Below, in pieces: positions 9,507 through 21,778 of a stretch of 64,000 bases of DNA; the stretch's first letter is position 1, and every line of letters begins with the position of its first letter. The notes beneath the pieces were generated by a model. That model did no database searches. It was not told the origin of the DNA and was given only the letters and a program-made list of their open reading frames with translations. The stretch lies in the NCBI GenBank assembly GCA_964106915.2, contig OZ066930.1; one strand, 5' to 3'. The stretch is from Podarcis gaigeae (lineage: Eukaryota). Both the position numbers and the translations under genes were made by a program.

Positions 9507-12265
9507 CTGGCTCCTGGAAAAATTGCGTGAGACCACTTGCAGCTATGTCTTTGAAGGTAATTCGGGAAGTAAGAAGTAAATTGTTTTTAACAAGGGACAC
9601 CTACAGATGTTGGAGAATGATCTTGAAGATGAACTAGAAATCTTTCAAAGTTCTACCCCAGAACTAATTTAATTCCCATTCAGTTCACCTGAAAATTATA
9701 GGAACTTCTTCCAGTTGCAACTCAGAGATCTATTAACTAATATGGGGAACTTGGGTTAAATCAAACAAGCTCATTCCAAGCACTGGGGTTTACAGATAAA
9801 CATGGATAAATACTTCAACGGTGGAGTAGATTTCACAACCCCTGGTCATTCTTTTACACATTTTTTTTCTTTTTAGATACTTTGCGCCTTCAAGCTTAAT
9901 TGTTGGTTGGGAAAGCAAAATCTAACCATTCACATTTCACAGTGTATGTGCTGATGTTCCCTTAGTCTTCTTAAGTATATTTTACCCTTCAGCACAGAAG
10001 CTTGTAACATTCTGAATGCTGACATTTTTTTTACCAGTGATAATTTGGACAAACACGAACTGTGAACTGAACAGCAACAGAATTAATTTGTTTTTAAATG
10101 CAATGAATGTGAACTGGAATCAGTTCCTTTAAAAAATAAATTTCCCATGCTCTGATAAAACCTTAAAATAGCATGGGAAGTTGGGGAGTATTGCCAGTTG
10201 TATCCTTGACCTGATGGTGCAAGAAGAATATAGCCTTCTTATTCTACCTGCAGTCAGGGGATGGGAAGCTTGCTGACAAGCTGAATGTATGTTGTGACCC
10301 TATTAACACACGTCAAGCATCTCAATTCCAAGGCTGCTCTGTGAGCATCATACAAAACAGCCATCACATAAAATATATTAATGTCTAAAATGTCCATTAG
10401 ACAAAGTTAATGGGCCAGAGATTCCTCATCATCACCAGTTTATTCTGAAACTGTGATCCCACACCAAAGCTTTACTGCATAAAGATAAAATTCAATAACG
10501 GTAAGGGTAAAAGGAATGTAAATAAGAGTTTCACGTGCATTGCCTTTTGGACTCCCAATATTAACCATTATGATTTGTTGAAATACATATCTTGTTGACT
10601 GAGCTACAGCATTGTCATTTTAAAGTTGCCCCTAAAAAGAATCAAATGAAACCTGTGAAGCGGTTGCACAAACCTACTCTCATTATAAATAACCATCTCT
10701 ATTGCGTATTTTACATGCAAGCTGTTTTACAATGCATTTCTCAACCACCCTCACCACTGACATTACAGCTCTGATTTTAATGTCATAAAACAGGTGCTGA
10801 AACATTGTGGTCTGTCATGAGGTCATCCAGGGAGGCTGTGGCTAAATTCAGAATTGGATTGAGAGCTTTCAAGCCTATGACTCAGGACTGAATCAATATT
10901 TGGCGGGGCCTTCTGCAAACTGCACCCTGGTGAGTCTCTTCCTACATCAGTGGGGACCCTGAGGCCATGGTGATGGCACTCTGAAAGAGACACCCTTTAA
11001 ATTTCCCAGAGTGCCCGATGCTCCGGGGCATTGTGAGAAAATTGAAAAGGCAGTTTTCCCGGACTTAAGATACCTGCTGCTCAGATTGGAGCAAAGATAA
11101 AATAGGGTCCCAGAGAAAGTGTCAGCTAGGGCCTGTTCAAGAATGCTACAAGTTGACATCAGACCTGCCAGTACTGGGTCTCAATAATACATACTGGAAG
11201 AGTATTTGTACTCTTATGTCTAACTTTGTTTTCCCTCTACGTACACTGAATCAAAGAGACACAATTTGCAGAGACTCTAACACAATCACAATATCTCTGC
11301 GGTTAACAATTGCAAAGACAAGGATACAAAACGGCGAATAATGGCTCTATATAGTAAAGGAAAGCTGGTTTCCCAAGCTAACGACCTCCATCGCTCAACG
11401 CTCCCCCTGGAATCCTAGTCATCATCAACTGAAAGTCAAAATTGATCGCTGGTCTTTTAAAAATAATGCCAGCTATACCTTGATGGATCTGGCACCCCGT
11501 AGTCAACCCATCTGTTCTACGGTGCTGGGGCAGAGTGCGGAAAATAGGATTCTCCTTTTCACATTGGCCTGTACGCTCATCATTTCTCTTCTCCAAAGTC
11601 ACTAGCTTGCTAGGTTACTATCATTGCTCCTCTGCCTCCCTCACTGATTGCTTCTTAAGCACTCCAGCAGCTACAACAAGCTCATCTCAGCATCTTCAGA
11701 GCAGCTGAAGTAGGAACAGGAACGATTTTCTACCCAGTGAGCCAAAGCCAGATTTCTACTCAAGTCAAAGCTATTTTCCACGCATCTTAAAACACACATT
11801 TGGGCGAAAACGGATGTAGGAGTAAGAAGGAGGAAAACTCAAGCTCACAAATATTATTTTCAAAGAGGTGCCTGACTTGCACTCATCTTCTGCAATGACC
11901 ATGCACTACATCCAATTTGTGCCTCTGATTAATTTTTCCCCCATGCAAAATTCTGTAACACAGCTACCCACAAGCTGATGCCCTCCAAATATTTTGGACT
12001 ACAATTCCCAGCAGCCCCAGCCAGCATGGCCATTGGCATGAAAACTACTGCAATGCATTGTGGGAAACATGTGAGATTTATGTGCTCTTTAACATTTGTT
12101 TGTTTGTTTTGATGTATTTTCCGCCCTCTTCTACCCAAGGCACTCAGTGTAGCTTTTAGACATTACAACAGTGACACTGGAGTTACTTTACTATGAGCAA
12201 TATTTGAAAGCCCATTGCCAAGCTAGCAGGGTTAGTCATGTGCGTTGGAGAGACACACTCCAGAT

Positions 12266-12401
12266 GGAATGGGCAACCTCTGGCCCTCCAGATGTTTCTG
12301 GACTCCAACTACTATCAGCTGCAACCAGCATGGCCAATGGTCAAGGGTAATGGGAGTTGGAGTCCAGAAACATCTGAAGGGCCACAAGAACCCCATCCCT
12401 G
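12266..12401. mobile_element. hAT-type palindromic MITE (ACTACAnnTCCC family)
   Basis: gggcaacctctggccctccagatgtt...gatgg-like arm...aacatctgaagggccac...atccctg; internal inverted repeat shared with the 47882-48018 copy. Confidence 0.7.
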
Positions 12402-12590
12402 GACCATTTTCTCAGTGGTAGAGCACATACTTTGCTTGCAGAATGTCCCAGGTTCATTTTCTGGCACATCCAGTTAAAAGCAGAAGGTAGCAGGTGACAT
12501 CAAAGCCACCCTGCTGCTTGTCAGAGTAAATAATAGTAGGCAGGATATGTAAATAGACTGACCTGGTATAAGGCCACTTTCTATGTTCTC
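12402..12590 (+). mobile_element. tRNA-derived SINE
   Basis: CTCAGTGGTAGAGC A box, CCCAGGTTCATTT B-box remnant, tail ctttctatgttc. Confidence 0.7.
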
Positions 12591-12745
12591 TGTCCTGAGC
12601 ACACAAGGTTGGCCTCCCGTTTTACTGCAATCTCTAGTGCAGAGGGATGGGTGGACTTCAGTCTTGAGAGGCCCACATTTTTGCTTACTTCATGCCACAT
12701 TGAATGTTTAGATCATGATTTACCTTTCTGTCCACCACTGCCATG

Positions 12746-12890
12746 GAGCAACCTTCCCTTAACCTGGTGCCCTTGAGATGTTGCTAAACTACAACTCCCA
12801 TCATCCCTGACCATTGGCTATGCTGGTTGAAGCTGATGGGAGCTGTAATCCAAAACATTTCAAGGAAACCAGGTTGGGTAAAGCTATCCT
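12746..12890. mobile_element. hAT-type palindromic MITE (ACTACAACTCCC family)
   Basis: aacctggtgccct...actacaactcccatc...gatgggagctgtaat...accaggtt inverted structure. Confidence 0.7.
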
Positions 12891-15065
12891 AGAAGGCATG
12901 TCCTTTTTAATTATTCCAGTAGTAGAAGCCTGCATCGGACCTTAAGATTCTCCACCGTCCTATTTTATTTCAACCTCAAGCTTGAATTTTGACTGAATCC
13001 GTCAGGACCAAGTCCAACACCAAGAACACACAGAGGCTGAAACAGAGGAAAACAGGCGCTTCGCCCCCTCTCTCACCAAAGAAAACCAGCACTGACTTCA
13101 CTGTTCAATGCGCATACTATGCTAAGTGCGTGAAATGGCTTGCTTTTTACCGAGCAGGCATCCTTTAGTTGGTTTACATTCCCTTTTATCTCTATAAATA
13201 TTTATATATATTATTCCATATGCAACAGCCGCCACACATTAAGAGGGTTGCAATTCCCCCTCCCCTTTTTTTGCACAGTCAATCCAACAGAAGGCCAGAT
13301 GGTTTTGTTTCAGAAAGTAGAATGTTTTGAAGTTATTTATTTGTTCCTTACGCTGATGTTTATTCCCTCGAGGGAACCTAGCGTCTCCTTTGATAGCACA
13401 GTGTCACTTTAATAAACTCAAACTGAAGCAAAGTCGCAGAGACAACTGGTGCAGCAGTGTCTGGAACGTTGCATGAGGTGCAATTCAAACCCCTACTCAG
13501 TTGTGAAACTCACAGAGCAGCCCTGCCACCCCCAAGAATCCCAAGAACCTTTGTTTGTTAAGAGCACTGGGAACTATAGTTCTGTGATTGAATAAACAAC
13601 ATTTCCCAGGATTCTTTGGAGCATGCCATGCGCTTAAAATGAGCTTTAGAGGGTCAATGACTGTTGAACTAAAAAAACCAACGACCCCATATAGTTTATT
13701 TGACAGTAACCCCATCAGACCTACAAAGTCTAATATCTGCATGACCCACAAATGATTGTGAAATTTACCCTAAACCACGGCTGAAAATGAAGCAGGACAG
13801 AATTTATTCCAGTTTGGTTAATCCAGAAGACTTTTTGTCTTTGGCTCTGCCCACTGTCAGCTCTGACCTCACTCACTCTCAGCACACTGGGGCCCTGAGG
13901 AGCTCACACCAGAGGGAATTTATCCATCAACAGAAAAATTCATTGCCACCTTCACTATACACCGTCCTGACCTCAAGTGAATGAAAGCTGAGTTAAAATA
14001 ATAATAAAAGATAAGGCTCCTTGCTTTCACTTCCCACAAAGATGATTGATGATTGTGTGATTAACACATACATTACACATATGTGCAGCTTTCTCTCCTG
14101 TATATATTTACTTACATATATATGCGTATACATAGTAAAAATCTATGAGGTATTGGGGCATGTGGGGTGGGGAGAGACATTCCTCAGAGAAGCAGGGGGC
14201 AACAGACTGTTCTCAATAGTTCACCCACCAAAGCTTTCTTTCCAAAAAAATGAAAGGATTTTAAGACTCTGCCATGACCCTTACAGGTTACATCTCTGCT
14301 CAACAAGCCTGTTTGCCAAAAAGGAGAGAAAAGCAGAATCCCACTACAGACTAGAAAGGCCACAAAGACTACACTCCCACCAGCTATGGTGTTATATTGA
14401 TTTGGTGTTTGCTACTTAATCTGAATGAATGTCACTAAGGCAATGGAACACAAAAGGAAATCTTGCGGTATCAGTTTTATACAATCCTAGTTACGCAGGC
14501 AATTAAACCAGATATTTAGCTCAATTAAGTGCTTCCTTTGTGTTAAAAAAAAGAGGAGGGGGGAATATATCTGGCCTAATCAATCAGTGCTGGAAGGAAA
14601 GGAAAGAATTGCTTTATAGTTTTATTCTCTAAAGCAGCGGTAGTCAATGTCTTGCCTTCAAGATATTGTTGGAATGTAACTCTGCCCCTGCCAGCATGTC
14701 CAGTGGTGATGGAGGGTGGGAGTTGTAGTCCAACAACATGTGGAGAACACCATGTTATAACTGGCCAAAATGCCTCTTTTTTTGGAGCCATGCCCAGCAG
14801 ATGATGTCTGAGGAGAGAGAGTCCTACTTAATTCCCCCTTGGTGACCGGTCTAAAGAGGCATGATGGTATCATGCTCTATGACTAGTTGATCATTTAAGC
14901 AGTAAAATGCAACAGTGGTTTGTGCACATTGTTCTCTACTTCATGTGACCTTGCCTTGTCACTTGGGATTGGAAGACAAAAGGGACCAAGCTGATCCTCA
15001 GAAATGTGTGGAACTGGAAAACAACAGGAGGAACCAGGGATATGGACTTGAAAAGTTTTTGTTGT

Positions 15066-15671
15066 TTAGTCGTTTAGTCGTGTCCGACTCTTCGTGACCC
15101 CATGGACCAGAGCACGCCAGGCACTCCTGTCTTCCACTGCCTCCCGCAGTTTGGTCAGACTCATGTTTGTGGCTTCGAGAACACTGTCCAACCATCTCGC
15201 CCTCTGTCGTCCCCTTCTCCTTGTGCCTTCCATCTTTCCCAACATCAGGGTCTTTTCCAGGGAGTCTTCTCTTCTCATGAGGTGGCCAAAGTATTGGAGC
15301 CTCAGCTTCACAATCTGTCCTTCCAGTGAGCACTCAGGGCTGATTTCCTGAAGAATGGATGCGTTTGATCTTCTTGCAGTCCATGGGACTCTCAAGAGTC
15401 TCCTCCAGCACCATAATTCAAAAGCATCAATTCTTCGGCGATCAGCCTTCTTTATGGTCCAGCTCTCACTTTCAAACATCACTACTGGGAAAACCATGGC
15501 TTTAACTATACGGACCTTTATTGGCAAGGTGATGTCTCTGCTTTTTAAGATGCTGTCTAGCTTTGCCATCGCCTTTCTCCCAAGGAGCAGGTGTCTTTTA
15601 ATTTCGTGACTGCTGCCACCATCTGCAGTGATCATGGAGCCCAAGAAAGTAAAATCTCTCACTGCCTCCAT
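15066..15671 (-). pseudogene. BovB ORF C-terminal remnant (201 aa, lacks endonuclease and RT catalytic core)
   Basis: Near-identical to the last about 200 aa of ORF 1-1191; YADD and all upstream motifs are deleted. Confidence 0.9.
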
Positions 15672-15795
15672 TTCTTACACCTTCCGACCTGAGGGGCTCA
15701 TCTTCCAGCATCATAACTTTCATATGCCTGTTGTCTTTGTCCATGGAGTTTTCTTGGCAGGGATACTGGAGTGGCTTGCCGGTTCCTGCTCCAGG

Positions 15796-15924
15796 TGCAT
15801 CACGTTTGGTCAAAACTCTCCACTATGACCTGTCCATCTTGGGTGGCCCTGCACGGCATAGCTCATAGCTTCTCTGAGTTATTCAAGCCCCTTCGCCACG
15901 GCAAGGCAGTGATCCATGAAGGGG
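15796..15924 (-). ncRNA. Predicted HDV-like self-cleaving ribozyme at the BovB 5' end
   Basis: Manual fold: P1 CCCCUUC/GAAGGGG, P2 UGGAUCAC/GUGAUGCA (7 of 8 pairs), P3 GCC/GGC, L3 UUGCCGU, P4 AACUC/GAGUU plus CUAUGA/UCAUAG, J4/2 CCAA. Activity untested. Confidence 0.55.
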
Positions 15925-16264
15925 ACTTGAAAAGTAGCAGTTCACTAAAACATACCACTGGACTTTCCATCACACTATCTTCTGTACTCTGGCTGGCAGC
16001 AGCTCCCCAGGGCCTCCAGCAAAGAAAGGTCTTCCTTATTACATGCTAACTGTTCCTTTAGTTTGATTTGATGCTGGGGACCAAATCGAAGACCTTCTGC
16101 AGGCAAAGCATAACCTTGTCTACTGAGCTAGAAGGATGACTCAAGACAATTTCCCTAGTGGTTCACCAACAAGGGCTTAACTGTGCACGTGCACATGTGT
16201 GTGTGTAATCAGAAAACACTTGTGTACCCACAGATAAACTCTACACTGCAGGAATGGATAAAAT

Positions 16265-16530
16265 GATGGCTGGTGCCCATTAAGATTGGCAGGGCAGGAA
16301 GGCAGAAAGGTTAAGCAGTAGATGGAGCCAGAGGAGTCAACAAATTCTAGTTTTGTCCCCATCCTCCTCCCAGTTGAGTTCTACAAGGGCATGCAGAAGG
16401 AAGCTGATAAGACACAACTCCCCCCCTGGACTGCTTGTAAGGAAGAAGGCAGGCAAGTGAGGGCTGGTTGAGGGCAGATTGAAGTTTCTGGGGCAGTGCC
16501 CCATTTGCCCTGCTGGACCAAGTCCCACTG
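16265..16530. mobile_element. Old DNA-transposon-like repeat (shared with 37777-38032)
   Basis: Shared blocks ggctggtgccca, ctacaagggca, ctggactgcttgtaagg and tgccccatttgccct occur in the same order in both copies. Confidence 0.6.
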
Positions 16531-17459
16531 CCAGTGGCTCTCCAGATAATCTACATGCCATCAGCTGCCAACCAGCATGGCCAATGGTCAGAGAAGACAG
16601 GAGGAGTAATCCAATGGCATCCTAAAAACCACAGGCTAACCACCCCTGCTATACTAAGTTAATCCTAGTTCTGGAGACTACCTTCTAAAGTGGGGACAAA
16701 GAACTTGAGGTCTTCCAGTTGCTGTTGGACTACAACTCCCATCAGCCCTGTCCATTACTCATGTTGGCTGGGGCTGATGGGAGTTGGCATCCTACAGCAC
16801 AAGAAGGACCATGGGCCCCCCATCACTAACATATTCAGAACCACAGACTGGACCTACACACTGGCTACTCTCTTGGTGGCTCAGTGAATGTTCAGAAGGA
16901 GCATGACACAATCCAACCAATTAAGCCCTGTAAACTGTCTGCATAGAAGATTGCCGCAGAGCCCCATGTTAACTATTCTGAGCTCTTCAAATGAAGATCA
17001 AAGCATGTGTGTAATAAATAAAGTGGATAAGAAGGTCGAGGTCCCAAATGCAATGCCTCCAGCAGAGATAACCCCTACCCACAACCCCACTCTCAGCGAG
17101 GTTCTGTGGCGAAGGCCAACAAAATGAAAACAGACCTTGCTGATTACGCAGCTGCACTGCAGCCTTCTTAAAAAGTACTGTGACTCAGGTCAGCATTTCT
17201 ATTAACTTTCTGCAACCCCTTCCCACTGCTTCTGCGACCTAACAGTCCGTAATCTGGGAAACACGATGGTCATCCCACAGAACCAGGCAGCCGTGCTGCC
17301 TCATTGTACTGTCCACATCAGGTACAGGTAGTGGATAAGGAAAGGCAGGGGAAAGACAGTTGTTTGTGAATTCCAGAACCAGCTTATCAAAAATCCAACA
17401 CACAAAGTCCAAGTACATTATGGGAAATTAGAAATTAGACAAGCACCTCCACTCCCTTA

Positions 17460-17462
<3 letters not shown>

Positions 17463-17506
<44 letters not shown>

Positions 17507-17532
17507 GTTTTATGTATGTATGTATGTATGTA
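17463..17532. repeat. (AAT)n followed by (ATGT)n microsatellite
   Basis: Read directly from the sequence. Confidence 0.95.
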
Positions 17533-17716
17533 TTTTCCTGTTGCTCTTCGCAAAGGTGCCTACAATTCATAAGGCACTCACAACCATAAGCAAATAGGGG
17601 GCAGAAAGCACAGCAAATGTCTGCAATGCCATGTGTTCCACTTTCCACCAATAAGACCTATTTGCCGTGCAATGTGAAAGACTAGAAAACCCCAAGTGTA
17701 ATGTGCCTCTGTAGAC

Positions 17717-17987
17717 CAGGGGTCGGCAAGGTTTACCTCGCCTGGGCTGGTTCACTCCAGTGGAGATCCCTCTGTGGGCCGGATTGCGCACGATTTCCGG
17801 CATCTGCGTCTGCGCAGATGCGATTTCTGGCACCGCGGAAGTGAGTCTGCATGACACGCTGTACCAGTTTAGTGCAGTGCGCTGGGACTTGTCGAGCAGG
17901 TGGCTCAGTTCGGGGGCAGCTTGTGGGCCAGTTAAACGACCTCCGTGGGCCGCTTGTGGCCCATGGGCCTTAGGTTACCTACCCCTG
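17717..17987. mobile_element. hAT MITE
   Basis: CAGGGGTCGGCAA...TTACCTACCCCTG termini; 8-bp TSD ctgtagac at 17709-17716 and 17988-17995; second copy at 44065-44690. Confidence 0.92.
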
Positions 17988-18624
17988 CTGTAGACAAAGC
18001 AAAACGGCAAAGCGAAAAGTGACTATGCTCCAATGCCTTGCTGCCAGGTGCTTCTAAGTACACCAAGCACCAACCAAGGAAAGCCGGTAAAGCACAAGTC
18101 CAAGCTGCTCAAGTGCATTGCCGCATGCTTTCCGATAGGCACAGCCTCTCCATGATAACATGGCGCTCCTGGAAATGCTGCTGCGAAGAAGAGGGCAGCG
18201 GGGAAAAGAAATGAAGCAGAGGTTGGAGGATCATTACTCGCAGACCCCATGGGATATCTCCACGAGAACAGGCTGGGTTGGGGACAAGGTCTAAAAGCAT
18301 GCAGGGAGCCCCCACAATTACGGAGTCTCTGCTTTCCACTTTTGATAGCTAGTCTGTTCCCACCCCACTCCAACTTGTCTAATTAACCTATAATATGGGT
18401 TGTATGATCAGGGCTAAGTTGCCACTGTATTTTAAAACAGATTTGTGTATCCGGGCATCTTTCCATTCCATGCAGCTCTGAATGACAAGTGCACAAGCAG
18501 CAAGATGTGTCAAAAAAAAACATGCTGCATGAAAGTTTTTCTCCTTCTTCGCAAAGCCACCCCTGTGGTCTGGATGACATCCATATTGTAGATCAAAGAA
18601 TGTCGGGAACTTGTAGTTTACACC

Positions 18625-19004
18625 CAGGGCCGTCTCAAGCATATTCGGCGCCGTGGTGCAAAGCTCCCTCCAGTGGCACCCCACCCCCTATTTCCCAGAG
18701 TTTTTTAGGGTGGACGGCACTGCCAGCAGGGCTGGAGGAGGCGGGCAGTGGCTGGAGGGTGGCTCCTCTGGCGGGGAAGAGGCGGAGGCTGGCCGTGGCG
18801 CTTCCTGGCTCAGCTGGCCGCTTTGTGCCATGGTGGCCACGGCAGACGGAGGCGTTGCTTCGGCATGGCATGGCGGAGGTAGGTGAGGGTGGTGAGCTGA
18901 TGCCGGGAGGCGCTGCGTCCAGCCTCCGCCTCTTCCCTGGCACCCTCCAGAACTTGACACCCTGGCGCACCACGCCACTAGCCTCTATGGGTAAGATGCC
19001 CCTG
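18625..19004. mobile_element. GC-rich hAT MITE
   Basis: CAGGGCCGTCT...AGATGCCCCTG termini; 8-bp TSD tttacacc at 18617-18624 and 19005-19012. Inserted into an older gggaacttgtagtt...ctacagttcccaggattc repeat. Confidence 0.9.
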
Positions 19005-20434
19005 TTTACACCTGACAGAGAAACAATTCCTGTAGCCTTGGTGAGCTACAGTTCCCAGGATTCTTTTAGAGAAGCCATGCACTTCAAATGTGCTTGAAAC
19101 GTGCAGCATGGATGTGACCCAAATTGAAACACAATGAAATTTACTCCACTTGGAACCTCTATGGCACATCAGCTTCTGAAACCCTACCCTCTGCTTAGGA
19201 TGGAAGCAGATGACAGCAATCCAAGAAACATTAAAAAATGTAAAAATGTCTAAAAATATACAAGCACAAGCCAACTGACAACTGAAATAACCTTAGACCC
19301 AATCCAACTGCCAACTGCCATCTTAAATGAAAATGTTCCTCTGGAAAACACCCATGGCTCTGGTTTTGACAGCTTTCCAAGGGAAGTAAGTTCTACAGTT
19401 GGGGAACAAGACCCCTCTTTACAAGCTTTCACTGCTCATCATCACCATTCATTTATTTGCAGGGCACTTTCCCACAATACTGTGCCAAAAGCCACAACAA
19501 ATCAAATGCAATAAATATAACAAATCCGGAACAATCACAAATAACCATAGCGTTAAGTAAGGTAATACACATGAAAGTAGCAATCCACAGGATATTGTAC
19601 AGAGCAATACAAACAAGCTGACCATATCCAGCAACTTAAAAACAAAACAAAACAAATTTAAAAAAAAAAAACCTTCTCCAACCTTGTGCCCCAAATCACA
19701 CCATTATCGAAGAAGTGTGCAAGTTAAAAACAACTGGATGTGAATGAGACAGAACATACACATTGTTGATGTATTTGGAAACTGCATGGTGCAAGGAACA
19801 ACTTGTGTGCCATTCAACTGCAAGGCTTAAATTTTTAATTTGTTGTTTTTTCATACTGGGGGAGATTAAAATGAAAGGCAGGCAGCCATGAGGGAAGGAC
19901 TATTGCTCTTTGAATGTGTTATCTGTAGTCGTTCAGGCTTCCAGGAGGTTTGGCTGAAGGTGGATGGAACTCTTTTTTTTGGGGGGGGGGGTAAAGGAAA
20001 GCTCTGTCGTTTATTTCAACCCAACAGGGGGAGGGTGTTTTGGAGGAGAGGGGGAGTTGCTGTGGCAGAACTATATTATGTTGCTCCCTAGGAGGTGAAG
20101 CAAAACAATAAAGAACACTTAATCTCTTCTCTAATTCTGCTCTGCGGGGCAGCTCCTTCAGCCAGCAGTACCAGGCTCTGTCTACCTGGGAAGGGGTCAT
20201 TTTCCTTCAGCTTTCCTCCATCCCAGGGAGTGCTGTGTACCCCTGCTGCATCTTTCAATGGCTTTATCAGAGCTTGCACCAAGTCAAGCGTGAAAAGCAG
20301 CTCTGGGCTCAGCAGGCAAGAGGTGGTGTGCGTCTGTGAGTGTGTATATGTGTGTGTTGTATGGGTTTGTGGGGTGGGGGAGAGAGGGAGAGACCGCAGG
20401 AGGAAATGTTATTCTGTCCTTTGTCTTTTCAACA

Positions 20435-20438
<4 letters not shown>

Positions 20439-20486
<48 letters not shown>
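20439..20486. repeat. (CT)n microsatellite
   Basis: Read directly from the sequence. Confidence 0.95.
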
Positions 20487-21336
20487 TTTTTTAATGCAAC
20501 TTGCAGGGAAACGTATAATTAGGGGTCTTGCCGAGCAGGCTTAAACTCAGGAGTAACCCTTCTAAGGACCTCAGCAATGGATAATCAGGTGCGCGGCTGT
20601 GGGGCTCAGCACGCCTCCCCACCCGCAGAGCATCTCGGCCTCGTAATTAGAAGCCTCCACACTCCGCTGCATAAAGGCAGATTGCGAGGACAGCGTGAAG
20701 TCCTTGTTTGAAGCTTGGGGGCACTAGGATTTCTGCTGCCTGTGATGGAGAGAAACAAAGAGACTCCAGCACAAATGGAAAGCTTTCAGCAGCCTCAGAA
20801 ATACTTGGCAGTGAGGATGTCAAATTTTTTTAAGGGGTGCTCTTTGGAGGACCAAAGATCCCGCACGTTTGCTTCCTTCCGTTCTAAATTCCTTCACAGC
20901 CTGTTAAAAAAGGGGATGCCACTCTTCAAATCCCCCCCCCCTTTTTTAACCAGGGCAAAAAATCATCCCCCCACCTCCACACTGTTACAACCAGATATCA
21001 TATCCATCTCTTAATTCCTAGAGAATGAGGAAAGCATCCACACATTTCTGCCAAAGCCTAGAGAAACTCTCTTTTGCTCACCAAAAGATTTAAGGACCGA
21101 AAAATCTCTGGGAAACTGCTTTGAGGCTTTCAGCCATATTTTTTTTAAGCAAGTGAGAAAACCTGCCAATCCATGAACTTCAGGGAAATTCTGGGAGCCC
21201 AGCTAGAAGAGATATTTTGTTGGCCTGCACTGATGCTACAAATATGCATGTTTTAGACAATTTCCTGGCTCACTCCTTACACATGATTCCACTATGCAAG
21301 TAAGGGTGCCAAACACTGGAAGCACCTCTGATAAAC

Positions 21337-21527
21337 GGGAAGGTCCATAGTTAAAAGGTACAGTATCTGCCTGGTGTGCGCAAGAGCCTGGGTTCAATCC
21401 CCAGCATCTCCAGGTTGGCTGGGAATGTCCTCATTCTGAAACCCGGGACAGCTCCTACCAGCCAGTGCAGACAACACTGAACTAGATGGAACAATGGTCA
21501 GTACAAAGCGCCTTTCTATGTTCCTAA
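21337..21527 (+). mobile_element. tRNA-derived SINE
   Basis: B box GGGTTCAATCCC, shared body ctgaaacccggga...actagatgga and tail tttctatgttccta. Confidence 0.8.
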
Positions 21528-21778
21528 ATACTTCCTGTAGAATGTTCCCTGTTCATGATTCCCAACACTCCATTCCATTTCTGCCCCAGCCCTACAACCA
21601 GTCAGGATTCCATATCTACTGAGCATGCTCAGTCTTCATAGTGCTGCTCCAATGCTGCCCACCCCAAGGGCTTTTCGCCTTTCAATCTCTCTGCCCATCA
21701 CAAGCCTTGGTGCCCCCCCCCCCCGAGTCTGCTGATACCTCTCCATCTTGGGTATGCATGGTGTGGCTTTGCCTACAA

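Larger units (their letters stand above)
15057..15924 (-). mobile_element. Internally deleted mini-BovB: 5' UTR (about 250 nt) fused to the 3' about 620 nt
   Basis: 15066-15676 is highly similar to the 3' part of the BovB at 1-1208. 15677-15924 is BovB 5' UTR-type sequence. Short CAA tail; direct repeat ggacttgaaaagt at 15044-15056 and 15923-15935. Confidence 0.9.

Noticed and set aside
11378-11602. Possible minus-strand exon with an AAG|GTATAG donor near 11479
   Set aside because: No recognisable protein similarity and no convincing acceptor; cannot be supported without RNA-seq or conservation data.
18489-19097. 202-aa ORF and overlapping ORFs
   Set aside because: They run through a GC-rich MITE with a clear TSD; stop-codon scarcity explains them.
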